A stretch of DNA of 64,000 nucleotides from an uncultured Acidobacteriota bacterium. GTDB lineage: Bacteria; Acidobacteriota; Thermoanaerobaculia; Gp7-AA8. Positions 51,333-60,567 of this stretch are shown piece by piece. A model generated the notes under the pieces. That model searched no databases. It was not told where the DNA came from and saw nothing but the letters and a program-made list of their open reading frames with translations. Both the position numbers and the translations under genes were made by a program. Position 1 is the stretch's first letter; every line of letters starts with the position of its first letter. The DNA lies in assembly GCA_963741955.1 (NCBI GenBank), contig CAVUKB010000005.1, forward strand, positions 1,344,001 to 1,408,000. The letters are read 5' to 3'.

Positions 51333-52231
51333 CGCCCGCCTTCCCACCGATCTTCGATTCTCGCGAGCTCCTTCGCCGCGGCTGCAACGCGCGGTCCCGG
51401 CCTCGAGAAGAGATCTTCGTCGACCGCGATGACTCCCCCCTCCCGCCGCCCCTTCGGGAGCATGCGACGGATCCTCGATCCACTGACGGAGCGGCCCGGA
51501 AAGAGCACCAGATCCGGCGGAGCGGAGAGAAGCACCTCCTGAGAGTACTGCGCCCACCCGTGGATGTCAGCGGCGGCATTTCTCCCCCCGGTCAACCGGA
51601 TCAGGTCATCCACGAACGTCCCTCCTCCTGCCACGAAGAGGGGATCGGTCGACGCGACGAAGAGGACCCGGGGAGGGTCGGGTCTCGATTGCGCGACCGA
51701 AGCGAGAGCGCGCCTCAACTGGTTGGCGACGCGAGGTCCGTCTCCGCATCGCATCGCCGCGCTCAGCTGCTCGATCGCCGGCGGGACGTCGTCGAGCCGA
51801 TCGGTTCGCACCAGCACCAGAGGTATCCCCGCCCGGCGGAGTTGACTCGCCAGTCCGGAGTAGTCCGCGCTGGTCGAGGCGAGAAGGAGATCAGGCCGCA
51901 ACGAGATGATCTTTTCGGCATTCGGCTCGAGCCCTCCGACCTTCGGCAGCGACCGCACCTCAGGTGGATAGTTCGAGAAATCGTCGGCTGCGATGACCCG
52001 TTCGCCGCATCCGAGGGCGTAGACGATCTCGGTCAGATTCGGCGCGAGCGTGATGATGCGACCTGCGGGACGCGAGTGGTGTTCGATCGGGGGAGCCGGA
52101 GATCCGCAGGCGAGAAGGATCAGAAGAAGTGAAGCGAGACTCCCTGCGAGTCGAAGGAAACCAGATCGGCTGAACGAAGCTGCAGTTCCGAGGCGGTGAC
52201 GGCGAATCGGAAGTGCCTTTGAAAACGGCAC
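51329..52231 (-). CDS. BtuF-like substrate-binding lipoprotein
   Basis: Lipobox LLA|C; RIITLAPNLTEIVYALG, FSNYP, EKIISLRPDL, SRPGPR. Start uncertain. Confidence 0.88.
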   Translation of the reverse strand: MPFSKALPIRRHRLGTAASFSRSGFLRLAGSLASLLLILLACGSPAPPIEHHSRPAGRIITLAPNLTEIVYALGCGERVIAADDFSNYPPEVRSLPKVGGLEPNAEKIISLRPDLLLASTSADYSGLASQLRRAGIPLVLVRTDRLDDVPPAIEQLSAAMRCGDGPRVANQLRRALASVAQSRPDPPRVLFVASTDPLFVAGGGTFVDDLIRLTGGRNAAADIHGWAQYSQEVLLSAPPDLVLFPGRSVSGSRIRRMLPKGRREGGVIAVDEDLFSRPGPRVAAAAKELARIEDRWEGGR

Positions 52232-52257
52232 GACCTCTTCACTCCCGGACGATCCGG

Positions 52258-52488
52258 TCAGCTCTCGCCCTCGGATTCGTCCTCGAGGTCATTCCGGATA
52301 CCCAGCCGGTTGCATGCCGCTTCGTACATCTGTTTGGCGGCGTTGATGGCGCCCTGCAGTTCGGCGATACGCTCTTTGACTTTGGACAGCTCGTCTTCGA
52401 CCTGATCCTTCAGATCGTTGATCTCCTGTCGAGTCACCTGGAGCGTCGTCTCGTAGAACTTTCGTTGCTGGTCGGTCAGAACCGGCAT
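52258..52488 (-). CDS. Small coiled-coil hypothetical protein
   Basis: 76 aa with a heptad pattern; RBS GGGAGA. Confidence 0.75.
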   Translation of the reverse strand: MPVLTDQQRKFYETTLQVTRQEINDLKDQVEDELSKVKERIAELQGAINAAKQMYEAACNRLGIRNDLEDESEGES

Positions 52489-52544
52489 CAGTTTTCTCCC
52501 GAAGGTTTCGTGATTGCGGCTTCCATGGTCGAGGTTCGCGCGGA

Positions 52545-55517
52545 TTATAGCTTAAAGGGAATAGTGAAAGTCATGTGAGACTTGACGCGCACTCCGTCCT
52601 TGGTCGCCGGGCGGTACTTCGAGGTTCGCGCCGACTCGATCGCCGCGGCGTTGAGCAGTGGAACGCCCCGGAGAACCTTCACCTGCAGAGGGCGTCCGGT
52701 CTCGGAGACGAGCACCTGGAGCACCACGATTCCCTCCACTCCCATCCTTCTGGCAGCTGCCGGATAAGTGACGTTGCCTCGCTCCACGATCTGCGGAGGA
52801 TTCAACCCCGGCGTTCCGATGTCCACCAGATCGCCTTCTTTCACCGCGGGTGCCGGCGCGACGGTCTGAGTCACGGCCGGCCCTGGGGCCGGGGCTGCAG
52901 TTGCGGTCTCGACCGGCGCCGTCGATGCGGTGGTCGCCGTCGCCGGCGGTTCAGCCGATGTGGTCTGTCCCTGCGACGGACGGGGAGGAGCCTGCGACGT
53001 GGTCACTGCCGCTGGAGCCGGAGCCGTGGTCGCAGTGCGGGCCCGCTGGTCTGCCTCCGCCTGCTGTCGCTGCCTGTCGAGTCTCGCTCGCTCTTCCGCC
53101 AGTCTTCTCTGAACCTCGGCGTCGATCAGCGCGCGGTCACTTGCTCCAAGCTCCGTCGACGTTGCCGCATTCGCGACCGTGGCGGTCACCGGAACGGCAG
53201 TGCCGGTCGCCGCGGTCTCGGTCGGAACAGGAGCGGCATTCTGCGTCGAGGGCTGGACCGCCGGTACCGCAGTGGCAGAAGTCGTCGCCGCCGGGGCGGA
53301 CGTGGGCTGCGACGCGGTCGAGCGGCTGCGGAAGTAGAAGAATCCTCCCCCCGCGAGTCCCAGCACGATCACCACACCAGCGATCAGCGGCATCATCATG
53401 GACTTGCGTCCGCCGGCAGGCTGGGTTTCCGGAACCACCACCGGCTCGAACGCGCTCGCTGGCGTCGATTCGACTTTCGGCGCGACGATCCGCTCGATTC
53501 CCTGGGGTGTCGAGATCTCGATGGTGGGAGTCTGGGCAGCCGGGACAGCCGGCTCCTCGATGATCGGAGCCGCCATCGGAGGTTGCTCGCTGAACAGCCG
53601 GTGCATGTAGATCGCGAGATCCGCGCTGGTCGGCGTGGGCCTGAATCCATACAGGACCGCGTCGAGGTCGCGCGCCATTTCTGCAGCGGTCTGATATCTC
53701 CCTTCGGGCTCTTTCTGGAGAGCCTTCAACACGATCGCATCGACGTCGGGAGGAACCTCGTCGTTGATCGTGGAGGGAGCGACGACTTTCGCCTCACGGA
53801 CCTGATCGAGAATCGAGATCTCGTTTTCTCCGGTGAAGAGTTTCCTCCCCGTCAGCATCTCGAACAGCACGGTCGCCAACGCGAAGATGTCGCTCCGGCG
53901 GTCGATCGGACGGCCCCACGCCTGCTCGGGCGACATGTACTGAAGCTTTCCCTTCAGCGCGCCCGCCTGGGTGTGAGAGGCCTTCGATGCAGCCTTGGCG
54001 ATGCCGAAATCGCAAAGCTTGATGTCGCCTTCGTGCGAGATCAGAACATTCTGTGGAGAGACGTCGCGATGAACGAGACCCATCTCCCGATCCTGCATGT
54101 CACGTTTGCGATGTGCGTAGTCGAGCGCCGCCGCGACCTTCGACGCGACGAACACCGAGAGCTCCAGCGGGATCGGGTGACTCCGCTCGTCGCCCTGCCG
54201 GAGAATCGTCTTCAGATCGCAGCCTTCGATGTACTCCATCGCGATGTAGTACGAGCTGGCGATCTTCCCGAGATCATAGATGTGGATGATGTTGTTGTGG
54301 TTCAGCTGCGCAGCGAGCTTGGCCTCGTCGATGAACATCTCGACGAATTCCTGGTTGTCCGACAGATGCGGCAGGATCTTCTTGATCGCTACGATCTTCT
54401 CGAATCCCTCCACCCCTCGCATCCGGGCCTTCCACACCTCGGCCATACCGCCGGTCGCGATCTTCTCGATCAGTACGTACTGCCCGAACTGAATTCCGTC
54501 TTCTACGGCGGGTGCGGATTCCTTCACCTCCGCCAGAGGGACCATGACCGTCGGCGCCGCTTCCGCCTCGGCCGGAGGCGGAGCCACCGCGTGCGGCGAC
54601 GGCTCGTCCGCCATCGGAAAAGGAGCGACATCCGCTTCGGAGGGAAACGGCTCGGGCTCCGGCTCTTCCGCCACGGGAGCGGGAGGAGCGGTGGCGACCG
54701 GTGCCGCGTGCTCCGCCGGAAGCGGCTCAGGCTCCGGGAGTGATGCAGCAGGGGAATCGACGGGACCCGCTTCCCCATGAGGTCTCGGCCGGCCTGACCT
54801 CTCCAGCCCGGAGAGCGTGCTCTCGAGAAGCTTGTCGAATTCTGCAGACGCGTTCTTCGACCGACTCGGAGACGCGGAGGGAGGAATCGGCGTCTCGGCT
54901 GTCGGTTCCGGTTTCTTGCGAGCGGAAGCCTTCACCCCTGCCAGCGTGTCGGCGAGAATCTTGTCGAGCTCGTCCGCACCGATCCGTACGGTTCGAGCCG
55001 GCTCTGCTGGTTTGTCCTTCTCTTTCATCTCGGCCATCAGATCCTTCGTATTCAACTGAACAGTCGCTTCGGGTGCAGGCGGCGGCGCGCCGGGCGAAAC
55101 TGCCGGAGCGGGCCCGGCGGAGGTCGCCTGAACCTCCGGCTGCGGAGTGTCCCCGAGAATCTGTTGAACCTTCTGAAGAAACTCTGCCTCGTTGTACGGT
55201 TTTGGCAGAATGTCGGAAGCCCCGAGCCGCTGCGCATCCGTGGAGGGACTCTTTCCGGCATATCCGGAAACGGTCAGGAGAATCGGCGTGCGCTTGAACT
55301 CACTCCGGCCGCGGATGACGCGAATCAACTCCGCGGTGGTGACCTTCGGAATGATCGATGAGAGCACGATCAGTTCCGGCGTGCGCGACTCGAGAGCGGA
55401 AAGCGCCTCTTCGCCGTCTTTGGCGAAACGGGGGACGAAGACCCGCCCGTTGAGCGCATTTTTCACTCGCTCCGTGTAACGAGGTTCGTACTCGACTACC
55501 AGAATGTCTTGAGGCAT
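52545..55517 (-). CDS. Pseudo-receiver / Ser-Thr protein kinase / TM / TonB C-terminal domain fusion
   Basis: N-terminal REC fold; kinase motifs IATGGMAEV, VAIKK, HRDVSPQN, DFGIA, YMSPE; TM; YPAAARRMGVEGIVVLQVLVSETG...YRPA TonB_C. Confidence 0.9.
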   Translation of the reverse strand: MPQDILVVEYEPRYTERVKNALNGRVFVPRFAKDGEEALSALESRTPELIVLSSIIPKVTTAELIRVIRGRSEFKRTPILLTVSGYAGKSPSTDAQRLGASDILPKPYNEAEFLQKVQQILGDTPQPEVQATSAGPAPAVSPGAPPPAPEATVQLNTKDLMAEMKEKDKPAEPARTVRIGADELDKILADTLAGVKASARKKPEPTAETPIPPSASPSRSKNASAEFDKLLESTLSGLERSGRPRPHGEAGPVDSPAASLPEPEPLPAEHAAPVATAPPAPVAEEPEPEPFPSEADVAPFPMADEPSPHAVAPPPAEAEAAPTVMVPLAEVKESAPAVEDGIQFGQYVLIEKIATGGMAEVWKARMRGVEGFEKIVAIKKILPHLSDNQEFVEMFIDEAKLAAQLNHNNIIHIYDLGKIASSYYIAMEYIEGCDLKTILRQGDERSHPIPLELSVFVASKVAAALDYAHRKRDMQDREMGLVHRDVSPQNVLISHEGDIKLCDFGIAKAASKASHTQAGALKGKLQYMSPEQAWGRPIDRRSDIFALATVLFEMLTGRKLFTGENEISILDQVREAKVVAPSTINDEVPPDVDAIVLKALQKEPEGRYQTAAEMARDLDAVLYGFRPTPTSADLAIYMHRLFSEQPPMAAPIIEEPAVPAAQTPTIEISTPQGIERIVAPKVESTPASAFEPVVVPETQPAGGRKSMMMPLIAGVVIVLGLAGGGFFYFRSRSTASQPTSAPAATTSATAVPAVQPSTQNAAPVPTETAATGTAVPVTATVANAATSTELGASDRALIDAEVQRRLAEERARLDRQRQQAEADQRARTATTAPAPAAVTTSQAPPRPSQGQTTSAEPPATATTASTAPVETATAAPAPGPAVTQTVAPAPAVKEGDLVDIGTPGLNPPQIVERGNVTYPAAARRMGVEGIVVLQVLVSETGRPLQVKVLRGVPLLNAAAIESARTSKYRPATKDGVRVKSHMTFTIPFKL

Positions 55518-55827
55518 GGGTCTTTTTTTTCGAAGTGGAAAGTTATCTTATTTTTGCATACGAGGGAGAGGGCGTCAATCAAATGAGGAACGGTGACCTC
55601 TTCGAATCCAGTCTTCTCGCGCCACCGAGCCCGTCGCGCCCCCACGAGAAATTCACTTGCGCGTCCGCGGCAGACTTCCGCTATACTACCCCCGCACCTC
55701 GTGCACGGATTTTGATGAGCATCACCAACCGGGCGTCGAGTTCACCAACTCCGCTGTGACTCATCAGAAGCTCCCAGGAACTGAGCCCTTCGCTCCGCGT
55801 GAGTGAACTGGCATTGCGAAAAACCGG

Positions 55828-57165
55828 ATGACTTCAGAAGATCGAGACCGAAAAAGGCGCCGCCGCAGACGCCGTTCGCGGCCGGGCGCGTCCCCGAAGC
55901 AGGGGAACGCGGCACCACCGGCTGAGAACGGGGGAAACCAGCGAAGCGAACAGACCGCTCCCGCGGAGGCCAAACCGGGAGGGCGCCGTAAACGCTCCCG
56001 CCGGCGCCGCCGCTCCGACGGACACCAGGCACCTGCACAGGGACAGCCGCGCGAAACCACGAGCGGCGAACCCGTCGAGGTCACCGGGATCCTCCACATC
56101 AAACCGAACGGAGGAGGCGTCCTGGTCTCGCCGCAGAACGACTACGTCCCGCAGCCGGGCGACGCGATCGTACCGCGGCCGATGGTGGACCGGCAGCGTC
56201 TTCTGGCCGGGCTGAAGATCTCGGGGACCGCCCGCCGCGGTGGCAACAACACCGAGCTCACTTCGATCGAAAAGATCGAGGACATGCCGGTCGAGCAGTA
56301 CTGGGAGTCGCGCCGGGCATTTTCCGACCTGATCTCCATCGATCCCCACGAAATGCTACGCCTGGAGACCGACGCCGAGAGGCTCTCGAACCGGGTGCTC
56401 GATCTCCTCTCGCCGATCGGAAAAGGGCAGCGATGCCTGATCGTCGCACCACCCAAGGCAGGCAAGACCACTCTGCTGAAAGACATCGCGGCAGGCGTCA
56501 CGAAGAACAACCCGGAAGTCATCCTGATGGTTCTTCTCGTCGACGAACGTCCGGAGGAAGTCACGGACATGCGGCGGAGCGTCCGGGGAGAAGTGATCGC
56601 CTCGAGCTCCGACCAGTCGGCGGAGAATCACATCCTGATCGCCGAGATCCTCATCGAAAGGGCCCGGCGGCTGGTGGAGCTCAAGCACGACGTCGTGATT
56701 CTCTGTGATTCGATCACCCGGATGTCGCGGGCGTACAACAACGAACAGAAGAGCAGCGGGCGGATCATGTCCGGGGGCATCGACGCCCGGACCATGGAAA
56801 AGCCGCGGCGGTTCTTCGGATCCGCCCGAAACGCCGAGGACTGGGGCTCGCTGACCATCGTCGCCACTGCCCTGGTCGATACCGGATCGAGGATGGACGA
56901 AGTGATCTTCCAGGAGTTCAAGGGGACGGGCAACACCGAGATCGTTCTCGACCGCGGACTGTTCGAGCGTCGGATCTTTCCAGCGATCAACGTCGCCCAG
57001 ACCGGGACGCGGAAGGAGGAAAAACTCCTCTCCGCCGAGCAGTTGCCGAAGGTCTACACACTCCGGCGGGCGCTGGCCGGTACCGATCCGATGAACGCGA
57101 TGAAGATGCTCCTCGAGCGACTCCAGAAGTTCCCGTCGAACGAGGCGTTTCTCAAGAGTTTCTGA
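55828..57165 (+). CDS. rho: Transcription termination factor Rho
   Basis: PIGKGQRCLIVAPPKAGKT, DERPEEVTD, DSITR, FKGTGN, GTRKEE. Confidence 0.97.
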   Translation: MTSEDRDRKRRRRRRRSRPGASPKQGNAAPPAENGGNQRSEQTAPAEAKPGGRRKRSRRRRRSDGHQAPAQGQPRETTSGEPVEVTGILHIKPNGGGVLVSPQNDYVPQPGDAIVPRPMVDRQRLLAGLKISGTARRGGNNTELTSIEKIEDMPVEQYWESRRAFSDLISIDPHEMLRLETDAERLSNRVLDLLSPIGKGQRCLIVAPPKAGKTTLLKDIAAGVTKNNPEVILMVLLVDERPEEVTDMRRSVRGEVIASSSDQSAENHILIAEILIERARRLVELKHDVVILCDSITRMSRAYNNEQKSSGRIMSGGIDARTMEKPRRFFGSARNAEDWGSLTIVATALVDTGSRMDEVIFQEFKGTGNTEIVLDRGLFERRIFPAINVAQTGTRKEEKLLSAEQLPKVYTLRRALAGTDPMNAMKMLLERLQKFPSNEAFLKSF

Positions 57166-57213
57166 GCCACAGATGCTTCACGCGGATTTCACGTTTTCTC
57201 TGCTGTCAATCCT

Positions 57214-57242
57214 TTGACTAAACCGTCCGGTTCGGGTAGCTT
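57214..57242 (+). promoter_or_regulatory. Putative sigma70 promoter of the TonB-dependent receptor gene
   Basis: TTGACT-17 bp-TAGCTT; GTCAA-N4-TTGAC palindrome overlaps the -35. Confidence 0.5.
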
Positions 57243-57321
57243 TGCACGACCAAATTTGTCCAGTTCGGTCGAGTTTTCACGTCCACATCCAAAATTTTCA
57301 GGAACAGATTCAGGAGGATTT

Positions 57322-60300
57322 ATGTCCGGTCCAGGTCGCACATTCTTTGCTTGGACGCAAGGAAGCGCACGAAACGTCTTCCTCTGCCTCGCTCTGCTCG
57401 CGTGCGCATCGCTCGTGCAGGCACAGGTCACTACCGGAAGTCTCGCCGGTACGATCACCGCCCAAGACGGCAGCGCTCTCCCCGGCGTGACGATCGACGC
57501 GGTTCACGTTCCGACGGGAACCCACTACACCGCCGTGACCAACGGTTCGGGACGCTACACCATCCCGAACGTCCGCGTCGGCGGGCCTTACAAGGTCACC
57601 GGAACGCTCGAAGGTTTCCGGACCAGTGAAGTCGACAAGATCGACGTCAGTCTGGGTCGGACCACGGAGGTCGACCTGAAGATGGCTCTCGAGAGCGTCG
57701 CCGAGTCGATCACCGTGAGCGCGAATGTCGACGAGATCATCAATCCGGACCGGACCGGCTCGACGTCAGCGGTCTCCGAACAGCAGATCGAGTCTCTCCC
57801 CACGGTCAGCCGCAGTCTTCAGGACTTCGCCCGCACGAACCCGTATTTCACGGTCGACGCGCAGGACTCGTCCTCGACCCGGATGTACGTCGCAGGCAAG
57901 AACAACCGCTACAACACCATTCAGATCGACGGCGCAGTCGACAATGACCTGTTCGGTCTCGCCGACACCGGCACCCCGGGCGGTCAGGCCGACGTTCAGC
58001 CGATCTCGCTGGAAGCGATCCAGGAGCTCCAGCTCGTCGTCTCCCCGTACGACGTCCGTCAGGGCGGCTTCACCGGCGGCGGAATCAACGCGATCACCCG
58101 CTCGGGAACGAACGCCTACGAAGGTTCCGCCTTCTACTCGAAGCGCGACCAGCAGTTCGTCGGTGACGGGCCGTACAACCGTCCGATCAGCGACTTCACC
58201 TCCAATCAGTACGGCGGCCGCTTCGGCGGACCGATCCTCCGCGACAAGCTCTTCTTCTTCGTCACCGGCGAGCACAACGACCGCAGCGAGCCGACCGGCT
58301 GGTCCGCCGAGCCGGGCAACATCACCATCAACCCGGCCATCGCTGCGGAAGCCGCCGCGGCCAAGCAGATTGCCATCGATAAGTACGGATACGATCCGGG
58401 CTCGCTCGGCGACACTCCTGCGAAGCGCGACAGCAACAACTACTTCGGCCGTTTCGACTGGAACATCGGGAACTCCAGCCAGCTGACTCTCCGGCACAAC
58501 TACGTCGAGGGTACCCGCGACGCGACGTCCGGCGGCTACACCTTCTTCTACTTCCCGACCTCGTACTACGCGTTCAACGACAAGACGAATTCGACCGTCG
58601 CGCAGCTCAACAGCGTCTTCGGCCCGAACTCGTACAACGAGGCCCGCCTCGGTTATCAGACCATCCGCGACAAACGCGCGGTCCCGATCGAGTTTCCTTC
58701 GGTCGAGATCGGCGGCGCGCCTCGCCGCGGCGAGGTGACCCTCGGCACCGAGCGTTTCTCCGGCGCCAACTCTCTCGACCAGGACATCCTCGAAGTCACT
58801 GACGACTTCACTCTGGTCCACGGCAATCACACCATCACCGTGGGAACGCACAACGAGTTCTTCTCGTTCAAGAACCTCTTCATGTCCGATGCGTTCGGCT
58901 ATTACTTCTTCCCGACGCTGGAAGATTTCGCGGCAGGAACGCCGACCCAGTACAGCCTCACCTACGCTCCCGGCAGCGATCCTCGCCGCGCCACGACGTT
59001 CGACGTGTCGCAGTACGGTCTCTACGCGAGCGACCAGTGGCGCGTCTCTCCGAACGTGAACCTCGTGTTCGGTCTCCGGGGCGACATGCCCAGCTTCCCC
59101 GACACTCCGTCGTTCAACCCGATCGTCTCGGAAGCCATCGGCTACAGCACCGCGCAGACTCCGGCCGAAGATGTGGTGTGGTCGCCACGGCTCGGATTCA
59201 ACTGGGATCCGAGCGGCGCCGGCAAGCAGCAACTCCGAGGCGGCATCGGCATCTTCGCCGGCCGTACGCCCTACGTCTGGGTCTCCAACGCATACGGCGA
59301 CACCGGCGTGGAGCAGATCGCGGTGAGCTGTGTGGCGCCGAACTGCACCCCGCAGTTCGTCACCGATCCGAACGCCCAGCCGACAAACTTCCCCTCCGGT
59401 GGCGGCGCGATCTCGGTCGATCTGATCGATCCGAACTTCCAGTTTCCGCGCGTGATGCGCAGCACCCTCGGCTACGACCGTGAGCTTCCGTGGGGAATCC
59501 GCGGCACGGCCGAAGTGGTCTACAGCAAGAACCTCGAGGACGTCTACTACGAGAACGTGAACAAAGTGCAGACCGGCACGAGCCCGCTCGACGGCCGGCC
59601 GACGTACTCGAACATCAGCAGCCAGGTTCGCGACGCGATTCTTCTCACCAACACCAGCAAGGGCTACCAGACCATGGAGTCGTTGCAGTTGAACAAGCGT
59701 TTCGGCCACGGCTTCACGCTGGCCACGTCGTACGCGCACCAGAACGCGAAGTCGGCCTTCGACGGAACGTCCAGCCGCGCGATCTCCAACTGGCAGTACC
59801 ACCACACCCAGGGCGACATCTTCGATCCGAAGGTCTCGCGCTCGGCGTTCGAGACGACGCACCGGTTCAACCTTTCCGCGTCGTACAACGTCCGGACCGG
59901 TCCTTTCGACCACACCATCGCCCTCTACTACAACGCGCAGTCCGGGCGACCGTACTCGCTCCTGTTCGGCACGGACGTCAACAAGGATGGATACTCGACC
60001 AACGACCTGCTGTACGTTCCCGGTTCGGCGGACGAGATCATCCTTCAGAACGCCAGCCGGCAGCCGATCGACTACTCGGTCCTCGCGGACTTCCTCAAGA
60101 GCGCAGGGATCGACCCGACCGCCGGACGGATTCTCAACCGGTACGAGTCGACCGAGCCGTGGGTCCGTCAGCTCGACTTTCACTACGAGCTCGGCCTTCC
60201 GGCCTTCACCGGTGTGCGTACCAGCATTACCGCTGACGTCCTGAACCTGCTCAACATGTTCGACAAGAATTCGGGCGTGGTCCGCTACGTCTCGAACCAG

Positions 60301-60459
60301 AACTATCTGCCGGTCTACTACCAGGGCATCGACTCTGCGACCGGTAAGCCGATCTATCGCGAACGGTTCAACGGCGCGCTCGATCCGGGTGCCCAGTTCA
60401 GCACCGCGGACGTTCGCTCCCGCTGGCAGGCACGCCTCGGGCTGCGCGTCACCTTCTGA
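57322..60459 (+). CDS. TonB-dependent receptor, Oar-like, with carboxypeptidase-regulatory-like N domain
   Basis: Signal peptide, GSALPGVTI, IDGAVDNDLFG, GGFTGGGINAITRSGTN, C-terminal LGLRVTF. RBS AGGAGG. Confidence 0.93.
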   Translation: MSGPGRTFFAWTQGSARNVFLCLALLACASLVQAQVTTGSLAGTITAQDGSALPGVTIDAVHVPTGTHYTAVTNGSGRYTIPNVRVGGPYKVTGTLEGFRTSEVDKIDVSLGRTTEVDLKMALESVAESITVSANVDEIINPDRTGSTSAVSEQQIESLPTVSRSLQDFARTNPYFTVDAQDSSSTRMYVAGKNNRYNTIQIDGAVDNDLFGLADTGTPGGQADVQPISLEAIQELQLVVSPYDVRQGGFTGGGINAITRSGTNAYEGSAFYSKRDQQFVGDGPYNRPISDFTSNQYGGRFGGPILRDKLFFFVTGEHNDRSEPTGWSAEPGNITINPAIAAEAAAAKQIAIDKYGYDPGSLGDTPAKRDSNNYFGRFDWNIGNSSQLTLRHNYVEGTRDATSGGYTFFYFPTSYYAFNDKTNSTVAQLNSVFGPNSYNEARLGYQTIRDKRAVPIEFPSVEIGGAPRRGEVTLGTERFSGANSLDQDILEVTDDFTLVHGNHTITVGTHNEFFSFKNLFMSDAFGYYFFPTLEDFAAGTPTQYSLTYAPGSDPRRATTFDVSQYGLYASDQWRVSPNVNLVFGLRGDMPSFPDTPSFNPIVSEAIGYSTAQTPAEDVVWSPRLGFNWDPSGAGKQQLRGGIGIFAGRTPYVWVSNAYGDTGVEQIAVSCVAPNCTPQFVTDPNAQPTNFPSGGGAISVDLIDPNFQFPRVMRSTLGYDRELPWGIRGTAEVVYSKNLEDVYYENVNKVQTGTSPLDGRPTYSNISSQVRDAILLTNTSKGYQTMESLQLNKRFGHGFTLATSYAHQNAKSAFDGTSSRAISNWQYHHTQGDIFDPKVSRSAFETTHRFNLSASYNVRTGPFDHTIALYYNAQSGRPYSLLFGTDVNKDGYSTNDLLYVPGSADEIILQNASRQPIDYSVLADFLKSAGIDPTAGRILNRYESTEPWVRQLDFHYELGLPAFTGVRTSITADVLNLLNMFDKNSGVVRYVSNQNYLPVYYQGIDSATGKPIYRERFNGALDPGAQFSTADVRSRWQARLGLRVTF

Positions 60460-60478
60460 TCGACGCGACTGCAGTCGG

Positions 60479-60512
60479 AAAGGGAGGGGCTCCGGCCCCT
60501 CCCTTTTTGTTT
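60479..60512 (+). terminator. Intrinsic terminator
   Basis: AAAGGGAGGGGC-TCCG-GCCCCTCCCTTT followed by TTGTTT. Confidence 0.85.
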
Positions 60513-60567
60513 CCCTCCGATCCCGATATCATCGCCCGCGCGGCGCCGCCGCTCCTCGAGGCAAATC

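Noticed and set aside
49567-51579. Apparent 670-aa ABC ATPase fusion
   Set aside because: The extension overlaps the permease in another frame; the real start is ATG 50352.
52232-52257. Expected cobalamin riboswitch upstream of the btuF-like gene
   Set aside because: Intergenic space is too short and no motif was seen, so the substrate stays unassigned.
47976-60183. Long opposite-strand ORFs 47976-49658, 52575-54743 and 57766-60183
   Set aside because: Antisense shadows of rel, the kinase fusion and the TonB receptor.
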